Of a DNA stretch of 64,000 bases, positions 24,401 through 39,784 are shown in pieces. The notes beneath the pieces are model-generated. The model had not been told where the DNA came from, ran no database searches, and worked only from the letters and a program-made list of their open reading frames with translations. A program made the translations under genes and the position numbers. Position 1 is the stretch's first letter, and each line of letters opens with the position of its first letter. Location of the stretch: the NCBI GenBank assembly GCA_012295275.1, contig CM022672.1, positions 35,092,001 through 35,156,000 of the forward strand. The letters run 5' to 3'. This DNA comes from Chrysomallon squamiferum. Lineage: Eukaryota > Animalia > Mollusca.

Positions 24401-26387
24401 CATAAAAAGATTTTTTTGTGTACTTTTTAATACTTATTTAATTTCATTAATCTTATACATTATTACTCCAAACAAACATACAAACATTATCAAATAATGT
24501 AACTACCGTTTCTCGATCTGCCTTTTTTTTTGCAATTAAAATATCATTTCCTTTTACAAACTGGACATCACAAAAATTCATCATATTTCTCTGGCATCTG
24601 ACATCCCAGACTTGTTGATATAAATTAAGCAATGAATAGCGAAGAAAAATAAATATTAGTTTTAAGCTTTTACAGTACATCTGTTATCTCCACTAATATA
24701 AATACTATTCTGAGTCCAGTATGTTATAAGATACAGCCGTTTCATTCAGTTTAGCAGTTCACGTTAAATAGAAACAGAAGAAACAAAACATTCTAAATTA
24801 TACGTTGCTATTATGAAAACGATTATGATTTAACATAATAAATAATATTAGCATTACAGTAACTTACCGTAAAATTCAGCAATAGAAACACCTCGTTAAC
24901 TAAAATCCTGGATCTTTTCAGTATATTAGTTTTGCTCTGCCAACAACTGGCTGATATCTTTTGCATTAATACATGCGTGTGTGTGCGTATGTGTGTGAGT
25001 GTGTGTAAAATATTATCTGTACAATACAAAAAAAAATATATTATTAACAGCGCATCGCGAACTCAATGAAACTTTCTCATAAAATATGATTTATTACTTT
25101 CAGAGCAATGAAAACGATCTCACATTTAACACACAACACACATGTATATATAATACTTAATATATACAGGAGGTTTTATATATATATACGTGTGTATATA
25201 TATGTATATTATTTTGTATAAATATATTCATGTAAAGAATACAATTCACAGAACAACCAGACAATTTCACTTTATTTAATTGCAAATAAAATAAACTTAC
25301 TAATAGTTAATGCATTTGAGGAAATTTCTTTTTCTAAGGACCAAAATGGAAATATATTTTCAATTTATTTTGGTATCTTAGTTTTTAAATGTTATCACGG
25401 TTTCTATATAAATTTTACATTATTAAAAATATTGTTTTTTCTGTTTATTTATTTATAATAAAATTTAACACATTTAAAAACAACAACAACAACAAAAAAC
25501 CCAATAAATGACACACACTGGAAAATGCATTTGGAAAATACAATGTAAAACAACGGAATATAAACATTAATATAAACAAAATATTAATAATAATAATAAT
25601 AAAATCTTTATTAATTCATAACTAATAATTATAATAAGTTAATAAGCTGTCTTTAAATATCAAGATAAATAAATAAATAAAAAATATATTTCTTTTCGAC
25701 CATCGATAAAATTCTTTTACGAAGCATAGGGGATTATCAACTCAGAAAGGAATTTTTAAATATTAAAGTTCATTAGTGGCCAAGTTATGGCGACTTTCAT
25801 ATATATGGATAGACAGTTAGAAATATATATATAAACATCCCGTACAGATAGTTACCAAATTTGAAAAGCTTTAGTTAAAAATGTATTTTGACTGTACGGT
25901 TCGTTCGCTTGTGATAAACAAGCTGAGCAGATTAAATAATACACAGTGATCAAACTTTAAGTTAAAACCAGACCTAACCACACTGAACAAAGGTCTCACC
26001 TTTTCAGTACATAGATCTGATCATCTTATCTTAATTAGCAATCATAACTATGCTTAGTACTAAACTATATTCAGAATTTTTTTCATTACAATTTTAATTG
26101 CATGTTTGAGTTTTTTAACATCTTCTTCATGACATTAACGAATATCATTTAGAAGCTAATGTTTACTAATCAGTGGTCCCTCTATGAAATTACATGTATG
26201 TATCTATGTATGTATGTATGTATGTATATGTATGTATATGTATGTATGTATGTATGTATGTATGAATGTATGTTACATGATTGTAATAAATTTGGACTAT
26301 ATATAACGCTGACATATAAAGAAAATAATAATAATATAGAATAAACACTGATTTTTTTCGACTTTATTATTATTATTTTTTATTATT

Positions 26388-26427
<40 letters not shown>

Positions 26428-26540
26428 ATTTTTTGTCCTGCTTTGTTCTAATCTTTTTTCGTAACTGGGGAATTTAGCAAACAACTGTCATTTCAAATGA
26501 AATAACTGAATAATAAAAGGTAGAAGTACATTTCCACCTC

Positions 26541-26671
<131 letters not shown>

Positions 26672-28814
26672 ACTTATTATTGAAATAACAAAAGTAAGCA
26701 TAAGCAAATAAGAACCTTTTAATAACGTTTTCAAAACGATTACAAAGCAGTAAAATGTTAACTAAAAAAATTAAGTTCAAAGACAGAAAACAGTCGATTA
26801 AAATAACAGGAACATTTTCAAGAAGTATGTAGCATTATAGTTGAAATGAATTATCATTAAAATGTGTAATATCGCAGCTGAAATGTGAAGCTATTTAAAT
26901 CTGGAACATTAAGAATTACATTAACAATGAATTTCAGTAATTATATCAATAACTAAACACGTTAAAACACTAATAATTAATAAAAGTTGTAAAACATATT
27001 TAATCTCAATTGTCCATGCTAGAAAACGTTTCTTAACTTAAAAGTTTTTTCTTTAAAAAGACTTCTTATCTGAGATTCTGTGAAGTGTACTGAAAACTTA
27101 CCAGCATCCTAACATACCAGTTACTTCTGATTTATCATTCTAACAAGTATTTTACAGATATATACTAATTCACCTTTTGCTTACAAGCGACAAACAGAAC
27201 ATTAATAATTATTACGTTAACTAATAATTATAATATGAATAAAAATCTTTCTATTACTGCCAGAAAAATTACCTTCTATCCAATTTAAAAAAAAATAACT
27301 TTCACAAAATATTATCACATTGGAATCTGATACTAAAGAAAATAAATATTTACTTAATAATCAAATTCTAGAAAGCTATATATAAACAACATTTCATTAT
27401 AAGAGATATACAATTAGTTTAACAAAAAGCGAAATATACTACTACTACTACTAACAATAATAATAATATTAATATTATTATTATTATAATCATTATTATT
27501 TATTATTTATTATTATTATTATTATAATGAGTAAAAAAAAGAAACAAAGAATAAAACAAGAATATAATTTAGTCTGGTGTCAGTAAAAGATACATCTCAG
27601 CATGTATCTCTCTGTGAGGAGTCTGTTGATCTACAGCAAACCAGTGAGGGCAGAAGTGATGATTAACCTGAAGAAATTTTTTAAAAATATGAAACAAAAT
27701 AGTAAACAAAGAATTATAAAGATAATACAGAAGCATAGAAAGAGCCATGATCGACACAAAACAAAAATATAAATGATAAAGATATAAAGATAAAACACGT
27801 AGATCCATTGCAATAAATACGCTGATATAAGCACATATGTACATACAGATACTACATACATTCTTACACAAATATCAAGAAAGAAGACAGTCATAGAGAG
27901 TAGCAGAAACACACAGGTATACCTAATAAAATATTAGACATGGGTACAGATGGATAGATAGAGAAAGATACACTGAGAAGAAAGCTGATAAAATTAATAT
28001 TACAAAAAATCACTAATAAAAGAGACCAGTTACAAGATGACTTACGTGATTATTAGAGAAAACATTGAAGAAAATGTGCAATCACTTCCGCTGGTTCTAC
28101 CTAATATATATGGAATGCATGATGTTTAGTTACAAATAAAATTATGACATAAAAAACAAAAAAAGAACAAATAACAAAAAATAGAAAATTGCACCATACA
28201 GGAAGTGAAAAATATATATCTGCTAAACAAGCTACAAATAAAAACACCCTCTGCGTTATTTAACTGAATGGTAATACTGCTTTAATCTGTTTTCTAGTTT
28301 GTTCAGTGAAAGTGCATCTGAGAAAAATACCAGCTTTACTTCATAAAGAAGTCACACATCAAAAATGAAAAGATTATTTTTGCAGAAATCTTCATAAGCT
28401 GATAAGAAAAAGGAACAAAATTATATTTATGGTTTAAAATGTGTAAATGAGAGAGATAAAATGAACTTTGAATAGAGATAAAAATGTACATGAAAAGATA
28501 AAAGAATCAGTTTGTTAAATTTTACGAATGTTGATTACAGCAAATTGTCAGTATTTGTTTTCAAAACGATTAGTTTTCTTTTACATTTCTCTTCTCTTTT
28601 TCTTCTTCTTCTTCTTCTTTAAATAACTAAATAAATCAACCAAAAGGATCTAATTTTCATAGTTCAGAAACACGTTTCAGTAAATAAGATAATAAGTTAA
28701 AAAGGAAACTGACTTTGTCGAAAATAGTACCTTTCATAGAATTAAAATGAATGCTTTATTTTTTGTTTATCATTTGTTTTCGCCAATCCCGAATAGATTA
28801 ATTATTTGTTTTGC

Positions 28815-29710
28815 TTTCAAGGCATTTGACTTCAAAATCAGAATATGACTAGCAGCAATAGCTTTTGACTCTGCTTAATCAAAATCTTTATCATAAAACT
28901 TTGTGAAACTTGCAAAACTAAGAAAACATTCGTTTCATTACCATTACCTTCACTATGTTTGCTTTATGGGAGAGAAACCTTCTTCAACAGACACGTGATA
29001 CAAGAACGACCCAACGTAGAACGAGTAATCAGAGCTTCTCGAATATTCTGACCTGACCCTTAGATTCATACATCTAAGTGTCCACATTCTGATACACAGA
29101 ACTTGATGCTGAAATTCCTTAAACCGAGGTATTATCTGGCTACCCAAAACTATTTCTTTAAAATTCGTTAAAGCTGGGAAAAATCACACCAGCATCAGAA
29201 TCTTCGACAGGTTTCGGTTTATGAAATGTATAAAGAGTCACTTAAGTTTTCTCCTACACTGATCCTGATCACTGGTTATTAGTATTGGATCTAGGCAAGC
29301 CATGTTTCTAGACCTTACGAGACCTTTCTAAAAATTGGCAACAAATTCTAAAAAAAAAAAAATCACTAAAGCCAATCACAGTAACAAAAGCCTCCCTCTG
29401 GGCAGGCGCTCTAGAAATAGAAGGTAACCTCGTGAAAGCACATCATCAACATTCTAACCAGTTTGCTTGGCACAGTCCGGAACACACCAGAAATAACATG
29501 CAGGCCACAAATACCTATTTTGAGAAGCCGAGAATCATACTGAATTCAATACGTTCAGAAAATATAGAGCATGTTTCACTCACCTTTCATATGTTATCAG
29601 CGTTTTCCGTGAACAGATAACGTGGACACATCAACGCTTTTCAATAAGAATGAAAATCCACGTAGAAATATCTTAAAATTCTGGCTTTCAGTCGAGACCA
29701 CTTCAAAATA
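28815..29710 (-). mobile_element. Degenerate hAT transposase, copy B (further deleted)
   Basis: Paralogous to 8720-9800; lacks the MDGP-containing segment (junction near 29540). Confidence 0.72.
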
Positions 29711-30664
29711 TCATTAACCTGTAGTTTGCTTGGTCGACAGAATTGGAAACAGAACACACACCCAACTCTGAACTAGTATGAATGGAGATAACGCGAGGAT
29801 TCTCAAAGATGCTACAAAATAAGTCATGTTCTGTAGCATGGGTGAGAATAAAATGCAACTGGGATGCAAGTCGCAAGAGGTCTTTTCACGAAATAGTTAC
29901 TGGTTTTTGTACGAGTTACCTGTTCGTGGAAATTGAAAAACATAGAACTTTGCCAGATGTGGGGCTGTTTTAGATAAATCTATTTTCGTCATTGGTAGTT
30001 AATATTGAAAGAAATGTATAACACTTTTAGATATTTAAGAAGAAGAAAAAAGTTAGTTAAGAAGAAGAACATTTTATTTCAATGTGAAAAACTGTCAATA
30101 CAGTTGCAGTTTGTCATTTCAGATAAATCTGAAGTCAAGCTATTATGTGTTCCACAACTCTTTAATTAGAACACATCTACAACCTTGATAATCGTAAAAT
30201 ACTTGATAGAAGCTATCTGTCTATATATCTATCTGTCTATCTATGTATGTAGCTATATATTTATCAGTCTATATATCTCTCTGTCTGGCTATTTGACAGT
30301 CCGAGGCCACTAATTTAAATGAAATTAGCCTTTTAAAACTCAAACCATTGGAATGGTCAAGGTATTGTTTCGCCTGGTAATTACAGAACAATGGGTCGTT
30401 GATTAAGAAGACTGAAATTAACTAACTACTGATCATCTGTCTAAGGATTTTTACATAACTGCAGACAGCCTCCAAAGAATTGTTGTAGGAAACTGCTAAA
30501 GTTCAGTATTTGGTGCGTTTTTGCTTACAAATGAGTGTATTTTTAATAATAGGTCATTTCGTGAAAGATAAAAAAATAAAATAAAAAAAATACATTTTAT
30601 TTCAGTTTGCTTAAGATCTTAATTTTAAATTGAAAATAATTCAGATATATTTATATTTACATAC

Positions 30665-30994
30665 TTAACTCTGCTTTGTAACATGTAGTTTCACCAAGTC
30701 CAGGCTGTGGTCCATCAGTGCATGTCCAGTTTCCAACATCTACTTCAGGATTGAATAACTCTATTGTAACTGTGACATCTCTTGTACTTTGGTCAATGGT
30801 AGCACTATAACCACTGAAATGTCGATTTGGAAAACAAACAGTGTGATCAACATTACATGATACCACCTGATCATCATTTCCACGAAACATTTGAATACCA
30901 TTTTGCACACCTTCCTTCACTCTGCAAATGACTTTTGAATTCTTTCCAGTATAAGCTCCTGTTGAACAATCTATGTATGTCTTAGTTATACCAC
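30665..30994 (-). CDS. Family-2 V-type Ig domain exon, copy B
   Basis: 330 nt, phase 1-1, open; ...MFRGNDDQVVSCNVDHTVCFPNRHFSGY...DVGNWTCTDGPQPGLGETTC. Confidence 0.85.
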
Positions 30995-31402
30995 CTGAAA
31001 AACGTACAACTCGTTCAACCTACATCAAATAATTAGATTAATTGAGGATTATCAAAATGGCGGGTCAGGAGAATTACAGATATAGTGGATTAAAAGTATT
31101 AAATGAACCAAGGCACTGCGTCTCTTTTCGGTAATTGTTCACTAATATTATATTCGGGGTCAGCCTATAATAAAGAGAAATCGCTGATATGGACAAATCC
31201 CTTCTGGAAAAATGCATTACATACATGATCTTACTTTCTATAAGGGTCAAAACAAAACTATGTCTTTAGGTGTGATTCTGAACTGAATATTAATAAAGAG
31301 CATCTGTATTATGAGATGGTCAAATAAAGGAACTTTATTTTTAAGATATCTATTTAGAACTGTCAGCTGGCATTCATATACGGCACGTTGTAAAAAAAAA
31401 TA

Positions 31403-31445
<43 letters not shown>

Positions 31446-32025
31446 ATAAATATATATATATATATATATATAGATATATATATATATAATTTACAGTTTT
31501 CAGTGGCTTAATAAAGGCAATTAAACCAAAAATTATCAATTGTTTTTACCTGCTGACCAAGTAACATTAGAAATGTCAGGAATTCCTTACTGTCAAATGT
31601 TTGTAAACAATTCAACAATGATTGCATAATAGAATTTATTTCAAGACATGAAATACATTCGAAAATAATAGACAGAATATAAGTCTGGTACAGATTTCTG
31701 TGACAAATGGTAGAAAAGTATATACCTTTTTCCGTTGAAGCTAATGATAGATACGTCTTAGACATTTTCAGTAAAAAATCTCGATATTATCTTAAGAGCA
31801 TAAAACGTGTCATTATATGGTATAAAAGATTGAGATGAATGTGAATTTTGTTATATGTTTAGAGAAGATTGAATGCACATTTCTTTGGATATGTAATCGT
31901 TATGGAACAATGTTCTAAAATGGATATGTTTTGGAAGAAAAGTGAGACTACAAAGAAATGCATAAACAAAAACTTTAGAAAACACAAATGTTTTTGAAAA
32001 AAAATATAATTAATAAATAAACAAA

Positions 32026-32057
<32 letters not shown>

Positions 32058-34161
32058 ATTGGCAGATTGATATTGTTAATTGCCAAGCTGTACAAATACA
32101 AATAAAAATTCCAAAATGTTCAGAACATCTATAATAATACATCCATACATAAATACATACATACATATGCACATATATATATATATTTCTAAAAAAGTAC
32201 TATAATGTAACATTAATACACAGAAACTGTATTTAATTTATCAGAAACCATTTTTATTTTTCTGCATTGCATAAGCATAATTTCTGATATTGACTGTGGA
32301 ATCTAATTGCTATTCATACCTTTCACAGAATCACTGCCAATCAAGACAAAGAGCAACACCACTTCAAAGATCATTATCTGTAAAATAATTTAAAAATTAC
32401 TAATTTATTTTTTAAAGATTAAATAAAATTATATATCTATATAAACAGAAGCAAATATGTACGTGTTTTGTTTTGTGAAAGAAATATTCTTAAACAGCAG
32501 GGACTACTGGTGTTGGTTTGCGTTGTGACTGTGACAGTGATTTCAGCAATCACCTGCGTGTTGTTAATATCAGTGGTGTCCATCATGTCGGTTTTAACCA
32601 GCTTTCACAAGTTTCACTAATTTAGACAAATTTAATAGCATACATTTTTTTCTTTTCATGACATCTTTAAATAAAAAAATTATGTTTTAGCGAGGTGCAT
32701 CTTAATTTATTTCCTACGAAAGATTTAATCATTTTGCTAGACACAAAAGTGTAATTAACAATAATAGGCTATTCCAATTGTATTACTCTACTAAAAATTA
32801 ATTATAACAGAATATACTGACAACTGACAGATAGACATCTCACAGAGTTAAGAATAAACGAAAACAAACTGAAAATAAACGCCAAAGAACAATGCTGTTA
32901 AAGTGAAATTTCAAATAATTCCTAACTACTCGAACATAAAATTATATAAAATGTTGATTAAATGGATCTAAATAAGGTTTGCTGGAGTCACTTGACATTT
33001 GTTCAGGTGTATATGCATTTGACTTCATATATATACTGTCTTAAAATAAAAGTAGTTCAACTGCATTAATCTTAAATGGGAAACATTTGTGTCTTAGTTG
33101 TAAACTCATAATGAACATCACGTTAAAGAACCCCAACAAATTAACCTGCTCCACTGTAAAGAAATAACAAATAAGAAAATGACAACAAATTACCTAGAAT
33201 ATATTAATAAATAATCTCTGAGGTTTAGCAATGATAGAATAGTAATGAAGTCCTGTATTTCCTTTAGTTTTCAAGATAATGAAATGAAAATTTCTGAATA
33301 ATTATATTCAGGAACCAGCTAGATAGAATATAATTTAGAATACTCAGGTCAGTAGTGTATAAAAAATGCAACAGTAACAACCAGTTGCATTGTAAATAAG
33401 GACATCGTTCAGTGACGTCATTTAGATGACGTAACATAGATTTGAGATAGACAATGTGGGTCGGCAAAAAAGTTTCTTCTTGCAAATCGTTAATAAATGG
33501 CAAACAAGAAGATAATGGCCTGTAAGCTCACAACATATATTATCTAAAATGCTATTATTGTCTTCTTATAAGTTCTACACAATTTTATGAAATTGTTAGA
33601 TTTAATTGTTTCGGAATGAACAGATGTTTTCATTGATTTTCATTCGACATGACGACAGTATCTCAGTTTGCAAATTTAAAACCAACCTTCGCAATTATAG
33701 AATTTAATGAAATTTCTGTTTGAAATGTTAGTGTAATAAATATATTTAATTTTGGAGGGAAACAATAAATTCATCTCTTTATTTTGATCGGTTGAACTTG
33801 TTGAAAATTTCATTCTGTAAGGAAACAATTGAATTTTTTTTTGTTTTTTTGTTTTAATGCTCGTTTTAGGCAGACGATTAATATTTTAATAAGAAAACAT
33901 CGGTAAATATTTGCGCCGAATCGACTAAAAATCTGCATTTCGGGGATAGTCCTTTGCACACTCGTTACACAACTACTATCTGAAAAATTGACGTCACCCG
34001 AATTCTGCTTTCAAATACCTGTACATGACGATGTGTCAGATTATCTTTAGTACGCAAAATTGTTTAGAACTATTGCTGTGAAGTATTACGGGTCACTCTC
34101 CTTGGATGTTTGTTATGTGCTTCTTTGTTCTAAATATTAGAGAAAACAACACAAAATAGAT

Positions 34162-34320
34162 TTTTAAAACTTTTCTTCAGGTTAATCAACACTTCTGCCC
34201 TCACTGGTTTGCTGTAGATCAACACACTCCTCACATACAGATACATGCTGAGATGTATCTTTTACTGACACCAATCTAAATTATATTCTTATTTTATTCT
34301 CGGATTCTTTTTTTTCTCAT

Positions 34321-34355
<35 letters not shown>
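34162..34355. repeat. Inverted ~190-bp copy of an internal part of the duplication unit at the B/C junction
   Basis: Reverse-complement paralog of 7330-7490, 27520-27690 and 35830-36015 (GTTAATCAACACTTCTGCCCTCACTGGTTTGCTGTAGATCAACAC...). Confidence 0.9.
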
Positions 34356-34404
34356 CTTAATAATAATGATAATAATAATGATAATGATAATAATGATGAT
34401 GATG

Positions 34405-34440
<36 letters not shown>

Positions 34441-34621
34441 GTAGTAGTGGTAGTAGTAATAATAATATATGAAATAAAAATTGTATTAAATCTAATCAAA
34501 GCAATTTTGAATTTAGTTAAAATTAGAAATCTCTAGTGATACCTGTATCCATCTTACTTCTTAATTTTATGATTATTTTCTTATTAATTATCCACCTCTA
34601 TGATTTGGGTATTGTTTCGAC

Positions 34622-34724
<103 letters not shown>

Positions 34725-35767
34725 GCTTTTTTCTAATCTTTTTTTTTTCGTAACTGGGTAATTTAGAAAACAACTGTCATATCAACTGAAATAACTGAAT
34801 AACAAAATACAGCAGTATATTTCCATCTCTCTCTCTCTAAACTTATTTTTAAAATAACAAAAGTAATTGTAAGCAAATAAGAACCTTTTAATAACGTTTT
34901 CAAAACGAATACAAAGAATTAAAATGTAAAAGACAAAAATTAAGATCAAACACAGAAAACAGTCGATTAAAATAACAGGAACATTTTTAAGAAGTAGTAG
35001 CATTATATTTGATATGAATTATCATTAAAATGTGTACATGGACAGTGTATATTAAAACATTTCACCGTTAACAAAGATTTTCAACAATTTTATAATGTTA
35101 CGGACATTTCAAAAGTTAAATGATTGAAAAAACATTTTCAAAACAGCATGTTCTATTAAGCATATTACCATTCAAACTCACAAAACATTCAGTTAAAATA
35201 ATTGAAAGAAAGAGAAAAAAGAGGTAATATCTTAGTTGAAATGTGAAGCTATTTAAATCTGGAACATTAAGAATTACATTAACAATGAATTTCAGTAATT
35301 ATAATCAATAACAAAACACGTTAAAACACTAATAATTAATAAAAGTCGTCAAGCATCTTTAATCTCAACTGTCCATGCTAGAAAACGTTAATTAACTTAA
35401 AAGTTTTTTCTTTTCTGAGATGCTGTGAAATGTACTGAAAAATTACCAGCATTCTACTTCCGATTTATCATTCTAACCAGTATTGTACAGATATATATTA
35501 ATTCACCTTTTGCATACCAGCGACAAACAGAACATTAATAATTATTACGTTAACTATTACTGCCAGAAAAATTACCTTCTTTTTGTAAATTTTTGTAATA
35601 ATAACTTTCACAAAATATTATCACATTGGAATCTAATACTAAATAAAATATTTACTTAATAATTAAATCCTAGAAAGATATATATCTAAATCACATTTCA
35701 TTACAAGAGAAATACTATAGGTCTAACAAAGGAAACGAAATTCTACTAATAACAATTATAATAATAC

Positions 35768-35857
<90 letters not shown>

Positions 35858-37049
35858 ATGAGAAAAAAAGAACCAGAGAATAAAATAAGAATATAATTTA
35901 GATTGGTGTCAGTAATAGATACATCTCAGCATGCATCTCCCTGTGAGGGGTGTGTTGATCTACAGCAAATGAATGATGGTCGAAGTGATGATTAACCTGA
36001 AGAAAATTTTAAAAAATATTTAAAAAAATATTAAACAAAGAATTATAAAGATTATACAGAAGCATAGAAAGAGCCATGATCGACACAAAACAAAAATATA
36101 AATGATAAAGAGATAAAGATAAAATACGTAGATCCATAGCATTATATACGCTGAAATAAGCACGTATGTATACACAGATAGTACAAACATTCTTACACAA
36201 ATACCACAAATACAGAATCGCAGAAACACACAGATATACCTAATTAAATATTAGACATAGGTACAGATGGATAGATAGATCAAGATACACTGAGAAGAAA
36301 GCTGATAAAATTAATATTACAAAAAATCACTAATAAAAGAGACCAGTTACAAGATGACTTACGTGATTATTAGAGAAAACTTTGAAGAAAATGTGCAATC
36401 ACTTCCGCTGGTTTTACCTAATATATATGGAATGCATGATGTTTAGTTACGAATAAAATTATGACATAAAAAACAAAATAAAGAACAAACAACAAAACAT
36501 AGAAAATTGCACCATACAGGAAGAGAAAAATATATCTCTGCCAAACAACATACAAATAAAAACACCTTTGGCGTTATTTAGCAGAATAGTAATACTGCTT
36601 TAATCTGTTTTCTAGTTTGTTCATTGAAAGTGCATTTGAGACAAATACCAGCTTTACTTCATAAAGAAGTCACACATCAAAAATGAAAAGATTATTTTTC
36701 CAGTAATCTTCATAAGCTGATAAGAAAAGGCAACTAAATTATATTTATGGCTTCAAATGTGTAAATGAGAAAGATAAAATGAACTTTGAATAGAGATAAA
36801 AATGTTAGTTTTCTTTTACATTTCTCTTCTCTTTTTCTTCTTCTTCTTTAAATAACTAAATAAATCAACCAAAAGGATCAAATTTTCATAGTTCAGGACA
36901 CGTTTCAGTAAATGGGAAAATAAGTTAAAAAGGAAACTGACTTTGACGAAAATAGTACCTTTCATAGAAGTAGAATGAATGCTTTATTTTGTATTTTGTT
37001 CATCAATTGTTTTCTCCAAATCCCGAATACATTAATTTTGTTTCTTTCT

Positions 37050-38145
37050 TCCAAGGCATTTGACTTCAGAATCAGAATATGACTAGCATCAACAGCTTTT
37101 GACGCTGCTTAATTAAAAATTTTGTGAGAAAACTTTGTCAAGCTTCCAAAACTTAGAAAACATTCGTTTCATTACCATTACCTTCAGTATGTTTACTTCA
37201 TGGGAGAGAAACCTTCTTCAACAGACACGTGATACAAGAAGGAGCCGACGTAGCACAGTATTCAGATCTTCACGAATATTTTGACCTGACCCATAGGTTC
37301 ACACATCCAAGTGTCCAACCTGTGATACACAGAACTTGATGCTGAAATTCCTTAAACCGAGGTATTATCTGGCTAACCAAAAATATTTCTTTAAAATTCG
37401 TTAAAGCTGGGAAAAATCACATCAGCATCAGAATCTTCGACACGTTTCGGTTTACGAAATGTATAAAGAGTCACTTCATTTTTCTCCTGCACTGATCCTG
37501 ATCACTGGTTATTAGTACTGGATCTAGACAAGCCATGTTTCTAGACCTTACGAGACCTTTCTAAAAATTGGCAACAAATTCTAAGAAAAAATCACTACAG
37601 CCAGTCACAGTAACAAAAGCCTCCCTCTGGACAGGCGCTCTAGAAGTAGAAGGTAAACTCGTGAAACGACATCATCAACATTCCAACCAGTTTGCTTGGC
37701 ACAGTCCGGAACACACCAGAAATAACATGTAGGACACAACTACCTATTTTGAGAAGCCGAACATCATACTGATGCGTGTGCGAATTTTCTAGTTTGACAT
37801 GAAATGACCATTTGACTGATGGCCATCCATGGATATCTGCAGAAGCCCAGTTCTACTCAGATCACTACTACTTGCATTAAACGTTCTGACAGATCTATAT
37901 CAGCACCACGCTGAGCGAACTTACATAGGCTTTCTCTTCTTCTACACTGGAATTCAATAGGTTCAGAAAATATGGAGCATGTTTCACACAACTTTGAGAT
38001 GTTATTAGCGTTCTCCGTGAACAGATAACGTGGACACAACAGAGCTTTTCAATAAGAATTCAACGAGATAGTGAGATGAAGATGAGCATCCACGTGGAAA
38101 CATCTTTAAATTCTGGCTTTCAGTCGGGACCACTTCAAAATATCA
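37050..38145 (-). mobile_element. Degenerate hAT transposase, copy C
   Basis: Paralogous to 8720-9800, including the LLQISMDG and GSC..H segments. Confidence 0.72.
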
Positions 38146-39454
38146 TTGACCTGTAGTTTGCTTGGTCGACAGAATTGGAAACAGAACACACACCCAACTC
38201 TGAACTAGTATGATTGGAGATAACGCGAGGATTCTCAAAGATGCTATAAAATGAGTTATTTTCTGTAGAATGGGTGAGAAAAAAATGCAACTGGGACGCA
38301 AGTCGCAAGAGGTCTTTTGACAAAATAGTTACTGTTTTTTTGTACGAGTTACCTGTGCCTGGAAATTGAAAAAAAATGGAACTTTGCCAGATGTGTTACT
38401 GTTTTTTTGTACGAGGTACCTGTGGGTGGAAATTGAAAAAAATAGAACTTTGCCAGATGTCGGGCTGTTCTAGAAAAATCTATTTTCGTCATTGGTAGTT
38501 AATATTGAAAGAAATGTATAACATATTTAGATATTTAAGAAGAAGAAAAAAGTTACTTTTGGATCTCGGAAAACCTTATTTCAATGTGACAAACTGTCAA
38601 TACAGTTGCAGTTTGTCATTTCAGATAAAGCAGAAGTCAAGCTATTATGTGTTCCACAACTCTTTAATTACAACACATCTACAACCTTGATAATCGTAAA
38701 ATACTTGATAGAAGCTACCTGTCTATATATTCATCTGTCTATCTATGTATGTAGCTATATATTTATCAATCTATATATCTCTCTGTTTGGCTATTTGACA
38801 GTCCGAGGCCACTAATTTAAATGAAATTAGCCTTTTAAAACTCAAACCATTGGAATGGTCAAGGTATTGTTTCGCCTGGTAATTACAGAACAATGGGTCG
38901 TTGATTAAGAAGACTGAAATTAACTAACTACTGATCATCTGTCTAAGGATTTTTATATAACTGCAGATAGCCTCCTAAGAACTGTTGTAGTAAACTATTA
39001 AAGTTCACTATTTGGTGTGTTTTTGCTTAGAAATGAGTGTATCGAGCCAAGCATCCTATTTGTAATAATAGGTCGTTTAATGAAAGATAAAAAAAATAAT
39101 AATAATAATAAAAGATATATATATATACATATGAGCGAATATAATTATATGTAAATAAGAGTGCATATGTATGTCAAATTCATTTCAGTTCTGATTTTTA
39201 TTGTTTGATTATTTACTTAGTTCACAAAATACGTAAGAGTGTACGCTTCTTAAAATATGAAATGTACTCATCCATTGGAAACGCGAGAAATATTTACATT
39301 TTGAAAAGTCAGTGTCTTTGTTACTTTAACTATTTTTCTGACACCTTCAAAATGTATGTAAATGTATTGTGAAATTTTAAGACACTTTATTTGAGTTTGT
39401 TTAAGATCTTATTTTTAAATTGAAAACAATTTAGGTATATTTATATTTACATAC

Positions 39455-39784
39455 TTAACTCAGCTTTGTAACATGTAGTTTCACCAACTCCAGGCTGTGG
39501 TCCATCAGTGCATGTCCAGTTTCCAACATCTACTTCAGGACTGAATGACTCTATTGTAAGTGTGACATCTCTTGTACTTTTGTCAATGGTGGCACTATAA
39601 CCACTAAATTGTGCACTTGGAATACAAAATGTGTGATCAACATTACATGATACCACCTGATCATGGATTCCACGAAACATTTGAATACCATTTTGCACAC
39701 CTTCCTTCACTCTGCAAATGATTTTTGAAGTCTTTCCAGTATAAGCTCCTGTTGAACAATCTATGTATGTCTTCGTTATACCAC
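39455..39784 (-). CDS. Family-2 V-type Ig domain exon, copy C
   Basis: 330 nt, phase 1-1, open; ...MFRGIHDQVVSCNVDHTFCIPSAQFSGY...DVGNWTCTDGPQPGVGETTC. Confidence 0.85.
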
